A stretch of 64,000 nucleotides of DNA, from NCBI RefSeq assembly GCF_964213995.1, contig NW_027590150.1, positions 496,001 to 560,000 on the forward strand, in the 5' to 3' direction. Numbering within the stretch: the stretch's first letter is position 1; every line of letters begins with the position of its first letter. The translations under genes were made by a program, and so were the position numbers. Under the pieces are notes generated by a model. It was not told the origin of the DNA. It did not search any database and worked only from the letters and a program-made list of their open reading frames with translations. This document shows positions 14,111 to 28,659 of the stretch, piece after piece. Source of the stretch: Mustelus asterias. Taxonomy: Eukaryota.

Positions 14111-16789
14111 GCTATGTTTAGCCTGTCTGTCCTACATGTGACTCCAGTTCCACAGTGATGAAGCTGACCCTTACGTGCCTCTGAAATTGACAAAACAGCC
14201 ATTCAGGTGTTTCAAAGTTGCTGCAGAAAGTCAAACATAAATAAAACCGACCAGAGGGCAATTATTACAAAAAGGTAGTTCACAACCGCCTTCTCAGTAT
14301 GGGCAATTAATGCTGACTTTGTCAGTGATGCCCATATGCAGAGAATGAATAGAACAGTGCAAACTACTGCGAATTCCGGAAATCTAAAAGTAATACAACA
14401 AAAAAGGCAGGTCAGTGGGCATTAGCAGTGGGTGAAACAGATTCTCATTTCAGGCCGATGACAGAATGTAAAATCTCATTGATAAAATTCGATATAACAG
14501 GACTGTTCTGCCCAGTATCCTGGCCACTCATTCTTCAACTAAAATCACAAAATTACTGTTCATTTATCACATCTCGCTTTGTGGGAGCTTGTTGTGCACC
14601 AAATACTTGTTGTATGTCCAACATTACAGCAGTGAATAACTTCAGCGAAAATATATCAGTGAGTTGTAAATGGTTTGGGACGACCTAACGTCAGGTAAAG
14701 CGTTATGAAAATGCAAGGCCTTTCCAAATGTTAATATTATAAAATGCAAGAATTGATATGTTAAAAGCTCTGAGGTTAATGCGATTATCGTCACTCCTCT
14801 GCGTGATGTTTTAACGTGTCTAGTTTTAGTAGATTAAATCATCAATCAAATTGACATTCAGTGGAATACCAGCCTTTTCAAACATGTTTTATTTATTCTG
14901 ACATCAGAACTTTCAGAACAAATTCTTGATTAGAGGATATTTTTTTATTTGAATTAAATAGCGTCTGGTCAAATGGGTATTCACGAAGCTTCTATTGATT
15001 TTGAACCTGCTGTCAATATACTTAAAAGAAACCGCTATTTTGAATTGAAACTAATGAAAAAATGACGGTTTATCTGGTTTTACTGCCATGAACATCTCAT
15101 TGTAACCAGTGAGGTGTTTATGTAAATAAACACAGAAATAGAAATCCCAGATTAGATTTATTGATTGACAAAAACACAACAAATATTTCCCCATCAACAC
15201 AGCACAGAAATAGAGGCAAACATGCAAATCAATCATTGGATTCCAGTCGTGATTGTTTTTGGACATATTTTTTCATCAGTTATATGCACAAACCAAGCTA
15301 TGATTATCAATGTTCAAAATTAGGAAAGATTCCCTCTAATCACAAAATATAAGGACACGGCAAATGTATTTGCGGCGATTTATTGTGCTTTATCTCTCTT
15401 TGTCTTTCTCCTCTCTGATTCTGTGTCTTGTTTTGTCTCTCCATGATGGGTCATTGTCTTTACTCAACAACTTCAAGTCAAACTCCAGCTAATATATTCT
15501 CTCAGGCCTATTTTTAGGCCTCTAACTAAATGGGTTTAATTCAATCTATAGAGGGAGCTTTTCTCCTGATCATTCCCTGTATTTAACCTTTTCTGTCCCC
15601 GCGTCCAATTGTTTCAATGGACAGTGTAGAGAGGTTCTTACTGTTTCTAAACAGTCTTCATTTGCTGGAAATGCTTGATTGAGATAGTGTGGATGGAGTT
15701 TCACTTTTTATCTATCCCGTGCTACACCTGCTTGGGAGTGTTTAATGTTGCACTGTGAAGGGAGCTTTACATTCGGAGCCTAACCACATGCTACACCTGA
15801 CCTTGGAATATTTGATGGGACACTAGGCCCTGTCTCTGTATTGCACTCATCTGTGACCTGTCTCTGCTGATGTTAAATTAACTAATCCCTGTTTCGGTTT
15901 ATATTAAAGAAGATTTTGTCTCTGTTCACATTACACGAGACGTACTTTCTGTTTATAATAAACTAGATGTTGTCTCTGTTAATATTACACGTCACCATGT
16001 CTCTGTTCATATTGAGATCGACAATGACTCTGCTTTTATTAATGTAGACCTGTCTCTGTACTAAACTGGATGCGGTCTTAGTTCTGCACTTGACCATGTT
16101 CATGTTCATTTTATATTGGGCACGGACTCAGTTATTACTGCACTGGACAATGCACAATAATGTGAAAAGTGGCTATGGAACATGATTCTCTGCATCCTCC
16201 TGAAGGTACAACTCTGACGGATGGAGACTAGTCTTGGGAACTGGAAAAGAAGATGTGATATTTGAAAGCTCATTCTACTGACTGCATTGAAAATAGATAT
16301 CAAACACTGCGCAGCATACACTCTCGATCCAATACTTTCCGTTTCAATACAGATTTTTTAGCCCAGCATATTTATGCATTATATTATCTCTCTACCTCAC
16401 AGAACCGTGGAGTAATGTTCATGGAGCCATAGTTCAGACAGAGGCATACTATACTGCAGTATTAACAGTGACCTGGTCTCGCGAAATATAGACAGAGTCA
16501 GGGTCAAATGTCATATAAACAGGGATTGGGTCTAGTGCATCATAAACTAAGCTCCAGTCAAGCGGAGTATTAACAGAGACAGGATCTATTTTAATATAAA
16601 CAGAGGCCTTATGCAGTGAAATAGAAATGAGGTCGTACCGAGTGCTTTGTGGGAAGTTAAAGGCAAAATACTGGCCTTACCAGAGACACCCACATCCCAT
16701 GAAAGAAATATTTTAAAAATATGGATGACATCAACGAGTACAAGAAAAACTGAGATGGTGTCTAGTGCAATTTAACCGAATGCAGGAAC

Positions 16790-17110
16790 TTGCGCGATAT
16801 AAACTGAGACATATAGTGTCAATTACTGATACAGGCCTGAACCGATATTAACGGAGGCAGAGCTTAGCGCATTAGCAGTAATTACTGATACAGATTCTGG
16901 ACTGACATAAACTGAGACAGAGTCCAGTGTGTTAATGATCATTACTGAAGAAGTACCTCGACTGATAAAAACTGAGACAGAATTTAGTGTATTGTTAATG
17001 ATTGGAGATACGATATTTAGACTGATATGAACTCAGAAAAAGGATAGTGCATTGGTAATAATTATGAATATGTGATCTAGACTGGCATACACTGAGATAT
17101 GGACAATGCA
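16790..17110 (+). repeat. Degenerate 60-bp minisatellite (paralogues at 38490-38740 and 52345-52590)
   Basis: ACTGAGACAG-like anchors at 16851, 16911, 16971, 17031 and 17091. Confidence 0.8.
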
Positions 17111-17354
17111 GCAAATTAGAGGGATCACATGATGCAATAATAACAGAGGCAGGGCACAGTGTTGAATAAACAAATACATGCACTTGTGCAGCATTAACTA
17201 AAACAGTGTCGACTTTATTAGATCTAATGAACCGTTAGTGTAATGACAGTGACCGAAACTTTTGTAACGCAAGAAGGATGTTGCTCCAGTATAGGAGTCA
17301 CAGATAAAGGTTCTGTTGCAGTAGGAATTGAGACACAGTCTCTTCCCAGATTAA

Positions 17355-17645
17355 AGATTTAAAGCTTATTTATTGGTGTCATAAGTCGGCTTTCATTCAC
17401 ACTGCAATGAAGTTACTGTGAAGAACCCCGAGTGGTCACACTCCGGCGCCTGTCTGAGTACACTGAGGGAGAATTTAGCATGGCAAAATGCACCAAACCA
17501 GCACCTCTTTCGGACGGTGAGTGGGAACCGGAGCACCCGGAGGAAACCCACGCAGACACAAGGATAACGTGCCGACTCCACACAGACAGTCACCCAAGTT
17601 GGGAATTGAACCCTGGTCCCTGGCACTGTGCCACCGTGCCGCCCT
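17355..17645 (-). mobile_element. tRNA-derived SINE, alternative-tail subfamily
   Basis: Homologous to the copies above. Absent from paralogous sites at about 38985 and 52835. Confidence 0.85.
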
Positions 17646-17859
17646 GATTAACTGAAACATATTTCAACACAGTCATAATTCAGAAACCATCGTTAAAACA
17701 GGCCTTGGCTTCACTTATGAACAACTGATAATGAGCCGAGTAGAGAAACAACAGAGACAGGACATGCTGTAATGTGATTGGGACATGGCCTGTTGCAATA
17801 CAAACAGACGTGGGGGCCAGTTGAACGTAATCAGAGATATGACATGTTCAAAATTATTT

Positions 17860-19400
17860 CATGAGGTTTTGGTGTCACTGGTAAAGTAGGATTTGTTGCC
17901 ACTTATAATTTTTCCTTTGAGAATGTGCTAGTGAGCCCTCTTCTTAAATCATTGCATTCCATATGAGTAGGTACACATACAGTGCTGATAGGAAGGGAGT
18001 TGCAAGATTTTCATCCATTGACACTGAAAAAATAGTGATATAGATCCCAGTCAAGACGGTGTGGAGGTTTTATGGGCATTTGCAGATGATTGTGTTCTCA
18101 TGCATCTGCTGCCCTTGTCATTTTAAGTGTCAGAGTTAATGTGTTTGGAAGTTGCTACCAAAGGATTATGTTGCTGCTATACAAGTTGTATATGGGTCAC
18201 ACGACTAGAGTTGTACATCTGTGATGCAGAGAGTGAATGTTTAAAGTGGTTGGTGGGGTGTCCATCCAGCCGCCTGCTTTTTACTGGGTGGTTTCGAGCT
18301 TTTTGGGGGTTGGTTCAGGACCATACGCCAGGCAAGTGGAGAATATTCAATCACAATCCTGACTTTTGCCTTTATATGATGGATAGGTTTGGGAAATCTG
18401 GAGGTGAGTTACTTAGCGCACAATTCCCAGCATCTGACCTGCTTTTGTAGCAATATTATTTACATGGCTGTCCCAGTTCAATTTTCCATCAATGGCAATT
18501 CCCAGAATGATGATAGTCGGGTTTCGGCTGTAGTCATTCCATTAATGGCAAGCGGAGATGATTGCAATCTCCCTTACCTGAAAGGGTCATTGCCTGTCAC
18601 TTGGGTGGCGCGAATTTCACATGCCACTTCACAGCCAAAACCTGAATGTTTCTAAGTCTTTCTGCTTACGGACACGGATAGCTTCAGTATCTGAGAAGTT
18701 GTTAATGTGCTGAACATCGTGCAATCATCAGTGAACATCCGACTTCTGATCTTGTATTGAAGCGTGAATATTAGGCCGAGGGCACTATCCTGAGGAGTTC
18801 CTTCAGCAAATGCACTGTGACTGAGATGATTGGCTTTCAACAGCCACAACCATCTTACTCTGTGCTCGGTATGACTGAAGCCAGTGGAATGTTTTTTTCC
18901 CCGGATGCCCATTGACTGCAGCTTTGCTCGGGCTTATTGATGCCACAATCGGTCAAGTACTGCGTTGATGTCGAGGGCCGGCACTCTCACCTCACCTCAT
19001 TAAAGCAGCTATTTCCACTAGATTTGGACTAAGCTTAAGTGATTTCTGGAACTGAGTGCTCCGAGTGGGACCCAAACAGAGCATCATTCAGCAGAATTCT
19101 AGTATTTGTAGTTGTAGCAGCATTGCTATTATTATGTTATTATTAGTTTTTTAGATGATCCTTCATAGTTCCCATTACGTTGATCGAGTGAGGACGCATT
19201 GGGGGATATTTGGTCGGGTTGGGTTTGTCCTACCTTCTGAAATAGGTCATGTCTGCCAATTCTCACACTGTTGTGTATGTGACCGTGATGTAGCTGTACT
19301 TGCAGAGATTGGCTGAGGCTCAGCTAGCTCCAGAGCACAAATCGTTATTATTATTGCTGAAATATTGTCAGGATCCATAATCTTTGCAGTATCCAATGCT
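17860..19400 (-). mobile_element. Degraded L2-like LINE (paralogous copies at about 39190-40090 and 53050-53920)
   Basis: RT remnants GTPQDSALG and MFTDDCT. Paralogues give KWQAMT...PLTL...INILG. Confidence 0.65.
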
Positions 19401-20129
19401 TTCAGCACAGGGTTAGGCCACAGATCAATCATGATCATATTGCATGGCGGAGCGGGCTCCAGGGGCTGAATGGTCTACTCCTATTCCTATCCTCCATGTT
19501 ATCATGTTGAATGAGTTGACCTCCTTGGAGACTGGCATCTGTGATGTTCGGGGCATCAGGGAGAGGCCGAGATGGAACATCTTCTGGCTGAAGATGGCAG
19601 CAATTGTTTCAGTCTTGTTTCTTTTACCTTTTGCAGAGCTCCCCCATCATTAAAAATGGGGCTTTCGTTTGAGGCTCCTGCTGCAGTTACTTGTTTAAAT
19701 GTCCATCACCATTCAGGACTGCATGTGGCAGAACTGCAAAGTTAGGGTCCAGTGTAGTATTTATTGAGGCAGTGCCTTCTTCATGGAATGTAAACCATCA
19801 AGATGCCAATTCCATCTGCTGGCAAAATTCTGCAATTACAGTTACTGTAAATATATCGCTGTCAGGTATGATTTATGAGAGTAATATACAAATAATTCAC
19901 ATTCATAAATGTAATACCACATCCCCTTCTGCGGAAAGTGCCCAAATTTAAGGTGCAACGAATTACAGATTAGATGTACGTTGCTGAATAATACAGGTTA
20001 AGTTGTGTCCCGCAGGAATCTGTCTGAGGTCTCAATTATTTACAATATTCATAACGGCTTAGATAATGACACAAAAATTCAACTAATCCAAATGAAAGAT
20101 CAAGGTAGTTTTTAGAAGGCACAAAGTAA

Positions 20130-20830
20130 AATTTAGTGGATGCCCAGCGAGATTTGGGTGTTCAAGTGAATAGCTTCTTAAAATGCCACGAACTGATGCA
20201 GAAAATAGTCAAGCAGGTCAACGGAATTCTGGCCTTTGTATCTAAAGGACTGGAATATAGCGATGCAGATGTTATGCTGCAATTATGCAAAATCCTGGTT
20301 AGAGCCCACCTGGAGTACTGTGCACAGGTTTGGGCACCACACCTTTGCAAAGATTTTGGCCCTGGAGGGAGTTGAACGCAGGTTCACAAGAATTATACCT
20401 GGCCTTCAGGGGTTAAGTTGCGAGGAGAAATTAGACAAATTGGGACTTTTTCTCTCGAATTCAGAAGGTTGAGGGGTGTTCTGACAGAAATCTACAAAAT
20501 ATTTACGGGTCGGATCGGGCGGATCAATAAGTTGAAGGCTCTAGAATAAAGGGCCATAATTTTAAAAAAAAACAGGGCCAAGCCGTTCAGGAGAGTTGAT
20601 GGAAAGTATTTCTACGCACAGAGAGTGGTGGACTTTTGGAATTCTCTTCCGCAAAGGCCAGTGGGTGCTGGTTCAATTGTTAGATTTATCTCTGAGATCG
20701 ATTTTTTTATTGAACAGGGGTATCAAGGGATATGGGCCAAGCGCAGGTACATAGGGTTTGGCCACAGATCAGCGATGATCTTATAAATGGGGGCCGAGTT
20801 CGAGAAGCTGAATGGCATGCGTCTGCTTTT
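20130..20830 (+). mobile_element. CR1 3' fragment
   Basis: QRDLGVQV...HLEYCAQVWAP motifs and a CR1-type 3' UTR. Confidence 0.8.
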
Positions 20831-22059
20831 TTTATTCATGCTTGGGACATGGGCTTCGCTGGCTGGTCAACATTTATTCCCCATACCTAGTTGCCCTTGA
20901 GAAGGTTATGGTGAGTTGCCTTCTTGAATCGCTGCAGTACATGTTCTGTGCGTAGACCCACAATGCCGTTAGGGAGGAAATTTAAGGATTTTGACTGAGC
21001 GATTGTGAAGGAACGGCGATATATTTCCAAGTCAGGATGGTGAGTGGCTTGGAGGGGAACTTCTGCTCCTATGTTCCTATGATGCCAGGTCAGCATCGAA
21101 GCATAATGCCTCAATCCATGGTAATGTATGTTTGTTCATTTTGGTTAGAAGGAGGAATGCTGACCAGGGCGCTGTTGGAGACAATGGGACCTTTAATGTT
21201 CAGTTCAGCAAACATGGTGCTGGGGAAAATGTATTTGTTCTTCATTCCATCTGAAAGATAGTTGGGGTAATTGTCTCTTAAGCCCCCCAGGAAGCAAAGA
21301 TGGAGTCTTAAGTTGCAGGAAAATGTGTGTGTGTGTGTGTGTGTGCGTTGTCTGAAAAACGTCATATTGTTTACAAATCAATTTCACAATGATAACCGGC
21401 GTCCTTCCATTTAAAATAAAAAATAGACACAGAGTGAACACATCAATTTCAGAGTGGTTTCTTTTTCAAATGTCACCTTTGTTGATGACTGAGAAGGACA
21501 ATTTTTGAGAGGTTGGCTCTGTTACAAATGCTGCCCATGAAGCTACCAATTGTGGTTTTCTGTTGTCGTTTTCTGTGTCATGAATGAGACCGAGGAGTCC
21601 TGATGGAGTGCGACTTTTTCCCAAGTATGGTAGTCCCTGCTCTCCTACCGGTGTTGAATGTCTTGATGAGATTGATGAAGGTAAAGATAGGTACATTGGG
21701 AACATGAAGCAGATATTTTCCAGAGTCAATCTTCCATTAAAAACACAACATTGTGCTTCAGGATAATCCGGATCTTCAAACAGATGAATGTTTTCAGATG
21801 TGTCACTGGCAATGATGTATATATATCTATAGTTGTTGCAGTGTCCTCTGGCGGCTTTTTTTCCGGGTAGTGTTGTGCTTTTGAATCAAGCATCTCCTGG
21901 GGAGTGCATCCTATCTTCCATTAAGAAAGAGAAGATCATAAATATTCACAGAATTGGTATTTATTTTCACCAATTGCCATCCATTCACAAAGTTGCATAA
22001 TTTTGTACGCCAGTTACCAACCATTCATAGACATTAATATATTTACGTTTTAATTTAAG

Positions 22060-23020
22060 TGATGTGATCGTTGCTGGCTAGGTCAAAAGTTGTTGCCGAT
22101 CCCTAATTGCTCTTAGTAAGCTGGTGGTGAGCTACCTTCGTGAATTGCTGTGAAGCCTGTGGTGTATGTACTCACACAGTGCTGTTACAGAGGGTGTTCC
22201 AGGATTTCAATCGAGCGACAGTGAAGGAAGGGCGATATTTTTCGAAGTCAGCTCTATGACTGACTTGGAGTGGAATTTACAGGTGATATTCCCAGGTAAC
22301 TCTTACCCCTGTCCTTCCAACTGGTAACAGTCCTGTGGTTGGAAGGTGTTGCCTAATGAGTTCCTGAAGTGAAACTTGTAGATACTTAGAAACTTAGAAA
22401 CCTAGAAACCCTACAGCACAGAAAGAGGCCATTCGGCCCATCGAGTCTGCACCGACCACAATCCCACCCAGGCCCTACCCCCATATCCCTCCATATTTAC
22501 TCACTAATCCCTCTAACCTACGCATCCCGGGACACTAAGGACAATTTTTAGCATGGCCAATCAACTTAACCCGCACATCTTTGGACTGTGGGAGGAAACC
22601 GGAGCACCCGGAGGAAACCGTAGATGGTGTATAATGCTGCTGTTGTTTGTCGGTGGTGGAGGGAGTGAGCATTTGCAAATGCTATGCTCGTCAAGCCGCC
22701 TGCATTTTCCTGAATGCTATAAAGCCTTTTGAATGTTGTTTGAGCTGCACTCATTCAAGCAAGTGGAAAGAACTCTATTACACTCCTGAGTTGTAGTTTT
22801 ATAGGTGGTGGACAGGTTTGGGGAGTCAGAAGGTGATTTACTCACAGCAAGCTGACCTGATATTCCAGCCGGAGCATTTATATATCGAGTTAGTTCAGCG
22901 ATTAGCCAATGGTAACCCCGACGATGTTTACAGTGGGTGATTCAGTATCGTAATATAATTGAATGACAAGGAGCAATGGGTAGATTCTCTCTTTTTGGAG
23001 ATGGTCATTTCCTGGCGCTC
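22060..23020 (-). mobile_element. L2-like 3' fragment (paralogue at 43365-44935)
   Basis: Begins with the CAGCATTT(A/G)TTGCCCATCCCTAATTGCCC-type tail (reverse strand) seen on other L2/SINE ends in the window. Confidence 0.6.
22384..22619 (-). mobile_element. 5'-truncated HE1-like SINE
   Basis: Flanked by GTAGAT direct repeats (22378 and 22620). Empty site at about 43695. Confidence 0.85.
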
Positions 23021-23427
23021 ATATTACTAATAATCTCCAAATCACAAGAACAAATCAATATTTCACAAATTATTTTCAGCATTTTATTTGGTACAAATAT
23101 AATTGCAGTTTATTTATTGTAGTTTATTGAGATTCAAATGTATTGAGGTCACTTTGGCCTTTCTGTCACCAAAGAATCAAATCTGTCCCAGAATTCACTG
23201 GGAAGTTGAATTAAATCAGACTGAGGGTAATGAGCAGCTACCCAGCAGCCTCTGCGCTTTATTGACACGTAATCACCTCATCATCACACATAAATCCCTG
23301 ATATATAACTGGAGTGTGTAACCATTTTTAAAGTGACTGTACAACTGAAAGGACCTGTATCTAATGTTATATATAATTTATAATATCGAATCTGACGGTA
23401 TAGAATCTTAAGATCCAAATTAATTAT

Positions 23428-23755
23428 TCATAGAACAACGAATCTACAGTGCAGAGTGAGACCATTGGGCCCATCGAGTCTGGAACGACCTGAATCCTAC
23501 CCAGGCCCTATTCCCGTGACCCCTCATATTAACCCCACTAATACCCCTGACACAAGGGTTAATTCAGCATCGCCAATCAACCTGAACTGCATATGTTCGG
23601 ACTGCAGGAGGAAACTAGAGTACCCGGAGGAAATCCACACAGACAAGGAGAGAAACGGCAAACTCCACAAAGACAGTGACCTGAGGACGGAATTGAACCC
23701 GGGTCCCTGGCATTGTGAGGCAGCAGGGCTAACCAATATGACACCGTGCCGCCCT
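23428..23755 (-). mobile_element. HE1-like SINE
   Basis: Head, central domain and CR1-type tail. Confidence 0.8.
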
Positions 23756-23959
23756 TGCACACTTACACAGTACTGGAAAGTCATTTACCACTTGGATCTG
23801 TCCAGTGAGTTTCACAACATTTCAATTGCCTCATTATTTTGTTAGCCTGTTACCTTCGCTAATTTAGGTGATGATATGTTGAGTGATTTGTTGCACTAGA
23901 AAGGGCCATATGTTCCAAATATTACAACCTAATCCCTTTTTCCATCTTGGATTTGAAGA

Positions 23960-24537
23960 ATTTGAAGACATCGGTGAGGCTACACTTGGAATGCTGTGTA
24001 CAGTTCTGGTCACCCTATAATAGAACGGATATTATTAAATTAGAAAGAATGCAGAAAAGTTTTACTAGAATGCTACGAGGCCTTGATGGTTTGAGTTGTC
24101 GGGAGAGACTGGATAGACTGGGACTTTTTCTCCGGAGCGTAGGAGGCTTGGGGGGGATCTTATAGATGTTTATAAAATAATGAGGTGCATAGATCAGCTC
24201 GATAGTCAATATATTTTCCCAATGCTGGAGGAGTCTAAAACGAGAGGGCATAGGTTTATGATGAGAATGGAGAGATACAAAATGGTTCAGAGGGGATATT
24301 GTTTCACACAGAGTGTGGCAAGTGTCTGGAACAGGCTGCCAGAGGTAGTGGTAGAGGCGGGTACAATTTTGTCTTTTAAAAAGGGTTTAGACAGTTACAT
24401 GGGTAGGATGGGTACAGAGCGTTATGGGTCAAACGCGGGAAATTGGGACAAGCTTAATGGTTAATAAAAAGGGCGGTATGGACAAGTTGGGCCGAAATGC
24501 TTGTGTCCATGCTCTCAACCTCTATGACTCTATGACT
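23960..24537 (+). mobile_element. CR1 3' fragment
   Basis: HLECCVQFWSP motif and (CTATGACT)n tail. Absent from the paralogous site at about 45510-45535. Confidence 0.85.
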
Positions 24538-24654
24538 CGAGTCACCATCAGCAGATGGAAAAAAAGTCAGACTGCTCTTAGTTCATTTGTTCCCGATATC
24601 TCGGGGATTGGATTCACCGAGAAAATCTGGAAGGACTAAAGGTTGTCGCACAGC

Positions 24655-26665
24655 ATAAAGGTCAAGCACAGCATTAAAGCAAAAGTTAAAGCATACAAAG
24701 CGGCAAAGATTAGTGGGAAGCCAGAGGATTGGGACGTCTTTAAAAGCGAGCAGAGGACAACTAAAAAAGCAATAAGGGGGGAGAAGATGAAATATGAGTG
24801 TAAGCTAGCTAGTAATATCAAATAAGACAGGGAGAGTTCTTTTCAATATAAAAAAAGGTAAGAAAGACGCAAAAATTGACATTGGACCACTGGAAAATTA
24901 GACTGGAGAAGTAATAATAGGAAACAAAGCAATGACAGAGGACCTGAATAGTTACTTTGCATCAGTCTTCACGGTGGAAGACACCAGTGGAATTCCAGAG
25001 CTCCAGGAGAGTCCGGGGACACAGGTGACTGTAGTGGCCATCACTAAGGAGAAGGTTCTGGGGAAATTGAAAGGTCTGAAGATGGATAAATCACCTGGAC
25101 CGGAAGGACTACACCGTAGGGTTCTAAAAGAGATAACTGAGGAAATTGTGGAAGCATTGGTGGTGGTCTTTCAGAAATCACTGGAGGCAGGGAATGTACC
25201 AGAGGACTGGAAAGTAGCGAATGTAACACCACTGTTTAAGATGGGAGGCAGGCAGCAGACGAGAAATTGTAGGCCGGTTAGCCTGACTTCCGTCATTGGC
25301 AAGACTTTAAATTCCATTATTAAAGATGAGATCGCAGAGTACATGGAAGTGCATGATAAAGAAGGACTGAGTCAGCACAGTTTTGTGAAGGGGAGGTAAT
25401 ATCTGACACATCTGTTAGAGTTATTTGAGGAGGTAGCAAGGAAGTTAGATAAATGAGAGCCAGTGGACATAATTTATTTAGATTTCCAGAAGGCCTTTGA
25501 CAAGGTGCCAAAAAAGAGACTGTTAAATAAGTTAAGTGCACATGGTGTTAAGGGTAAGATCCTGTCATGGATAGAGGATTGGTTGATTAGCAGAAGGCAG
25601 AGAGTGGGAATAAAGGGGTCTTTCTCAGGATGGCAGCCGGTGACTAGTGGTGTGCCTCAGGGGTCAGTGCTGGGACCACAACTTTTCACAGTATGCTTTA
25701 ACGATTTGGAGGAAGGAACTGAAGGCACTGTTGCTAAGGTTGCAGATGATACAAAGATATGTAGAGGGACAGGTAGTATTGAGGAAGCAGGGGGGCTGCA
25801 GAAGGGCTTGGACAGGTTAGCAGAGTCGGCAAAGATGTGGCAGCTGGAATACAATTTGGAAAAGTGTGAGGTTATGCTCTTGGAAGGAGGAATGGAGGCA
25901 TAGACTATTTTCTAAATGGGAAAATGCTGAGGAAATCAAAAATACGAAGGGACTTGGGAGTCATTGTTCAAGATTCTCTTAAGGTTAAAGTGCAGGTTCA
26001 GGAAGGCAAATGCAATGTTAGCATTCATGTCGAGAGGGCAAGAATACAAGAGCAGGGATGTACTTCTGAGGCTGTACAAGGCTCTGGTCAGACCCAATTG
26101 GAGTATTATTGAGCAGTTTTGGGCCCCATATCTAAGGAAGGATGTGCTGGCCATGGAAAGGGTCCAGTGGAGTTTCACAAGAATGATTCCTGGAATGAAG
26201 AGCTTGCTGTATGAGGAACGGTTGAGTCCTCTGGATCTGTACTCGTTGGAGTTTTGAAAGATGAGGGGAGATCTTATTGAATCTTTCAGGATACTGCGAG
26301 GCCTGGATGGAGTGGGAGTGGAGAGGATGTTTCCACTCGTAGGAAAAACTAGAACCAGAGGGCACAACCTCAGACTAAAGGGACGATCCTTTAAAACAGA
26401 GATGAGGAGGAATTTCTTCAGCCAGAGTGTGGCGAATCTGTGGATCTCTTGCCGGAGAAGGCTGTGGAGGCCAGGTCATTGGGTGATTTTAAGACACAGA
26501 TAGATGGGTTTGTGATTAATAAGAGGATCAGTGGTTATGGGGAAAAGGCAAGAGAATATGGATGAGAAAAATATCAGCCATCATTGAATGGCGGGAGCAG
26601 ACTCGATGGACCGAGTGGCCTCATTCTGCTCCTATTTCTTATGTCTTATGGACTTATGGTCTTAT
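24655..26665 (+). mobile_element. CR1 ORF2 fragment, about 2 kb, degraded
   Basis: KSPGPEG, DFQKAFDKV and GVPQGSVLGP in broken ORFs. Absent from the paralogous site at about 45650. Confidence 0.9.
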
Positions 26666-28054
26666 ATACTGACACACTTGGAATAAAGGACATGCTTCGA
26701 TTTTTGAAGTAGTAAATCACAAATATGCGAATGTAGAACAGCAAATTTTAGGACCAGCTATCGTCCCATCCATCCGTCCACTCTCTGATTTCTGAAGCAA
26801 AACATTCAGGCATCCAACTATCGTTCATCCCTGCATCAACGCTAGTATTCCTTTATTGTTGGGTAGATGGTGGCGTAATATAAATGCCAGTAAACCAGTA
26901 ATCCAGAAGCCCAGGCCAATGATGTGGAGACACGAGATTAAATCCGACCCTGGCAGCTGGTGGAATTTGAATTCAATCAATAAATCTGGAATACATACTG
27001 ACAGCGACCAGATAAACCTCTCTGATTCCCCAATGAAGGAAATCTGCCATCCCTACCTGGTCTCATCAGGATGTGACTGCAGACGGACAGCAATATAACT
27101 AACTGGGCAATGCCTTTTGAGATGCCCTAGCATACCACTCAGTTCAAAAGAAATTAGGCAAAGGGAATAAATGTTGGCCTTTCCAGAGATTCTCATGTCC
27201 CATGGAAGAATGAAGTGAAAGAAAACACAAGCAGACATGTTTATCTAGTATAAAATATATCACCTCTCTGAATCAACTCTCATAATCTGCCGGTATTTTT
27301 TTTATATCCATCCATCAATGTTTTGTTGTGTTGGAGAGATCATCATTGTTGCTAACAAGGTGCCAGAGGTGCTGAATACTTTCTTTTCCGAAGAAATGGG
27401 AAACATTCATAGATGTTTGCAACTTAAAAATAATTAAATTGCCTCCAGTACTGTTGCTGGGTAGATTTGTTTATAAATAGGCCCCATTGACAATGCTGAG
27501 AGTTTGAAGTTGGCTTGCAGCCAAGTGTTCAGTACTGAGGAAGCAGGTTTTTGATTTACTGAACAAACACCCTCAGCTGCTTCCTGTAAATATTTTTGGG
27601 TATTTGGCAGCAGGCTGGACTGTTGCCAAATACTGCGTAGGACAGATTAACGTGAATCTGTAAGGATAACATGGGACTTCGTCAGTTATACAATAAATGT
27701 TTTATTCCCAAAAGGAAGGCACATTTTAAATGGCTTTTCTTCTAAGAAAATATTTTAAATGAATGCACTTTTCATTATGTGATTAAAAAGTATCGGAAAC
27801 TAGTCAATTGATTTGATGCTATTTCATTTGTATAGCCTCCAAAGAAATGGCCTTCCAACAATTAAAGCCTCTTTATGAACAACTTCATGAAGTGCAGGAA
27901 AAATATGTTGATGTCCCCAATCCCTCAGTCCAATGAGGTCAGTGTAAAGGCACAAAAATGAAAATAATTAAAAGTAAAAGAAAATCATATATCTACATTG
28001 AACAGCGGGGATTTCTGGAAAATTCTCAATGTTCTGCTCCTCATTAAAAACTTA

Positions 28055-28212
28055 TAGAACATAGAACATAGAACATAGAAAGCCACAGCACAAACAGGCC
28101 CTTCGGCCCACAAGTTGCGCCGATCACATCCCCACCTCTAGGCCTATCTATAGCCCTCAATCCCATTAAATCCCATGTACTCATCCAGAAGTCTCTTAAA
28201 AGACCCCAACGA
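28055..28212 (-). mobile_element. Short CR1 3' end
   Basis: (ATAGAAC)n tail. Near-identical to 8600-8745. Absent from paralogous sites at about 47025 and 57980. Confidence 0.85.
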
Positions 28213-28659
28213 GTTATACCTGATGTACAACGTGTTCTGTTGTCCAGCATAATCTGGTTTCGATTATTTAACAGTTCCTCTCATAACTGCCAATGAGTGA
28301 AGAAATGACCAGTTCATAACCTGGTTCAGTGAAAGATAAAATATTTATTCTTGTGATATTATGCATTATGCCGCAAAGTCCTGATGTCCTGTGTTCCCAA
28401 TACCAGCTGCTGGCCAATAAAATGATCTGTCATGACTTGGATGCTGAAGGAGAACTTTCCTGATTGCCGTGTCCGTTCTCATTCATTAGCTTCTTTGTCA
28501 AAAGTCAATGTCAATTTTATGTTTCTCTGTCAACTCAATGCTTAATTGTAAGTCAAGAAGTTTCCTTTCACCGTTAATTTTCACAGGGTTAAGGAGCTGT
28601 TGGGGAAATATAAGGTGTAACATTGTATCAGATAAGGAGTTTATTTTGTTAATTTATTC

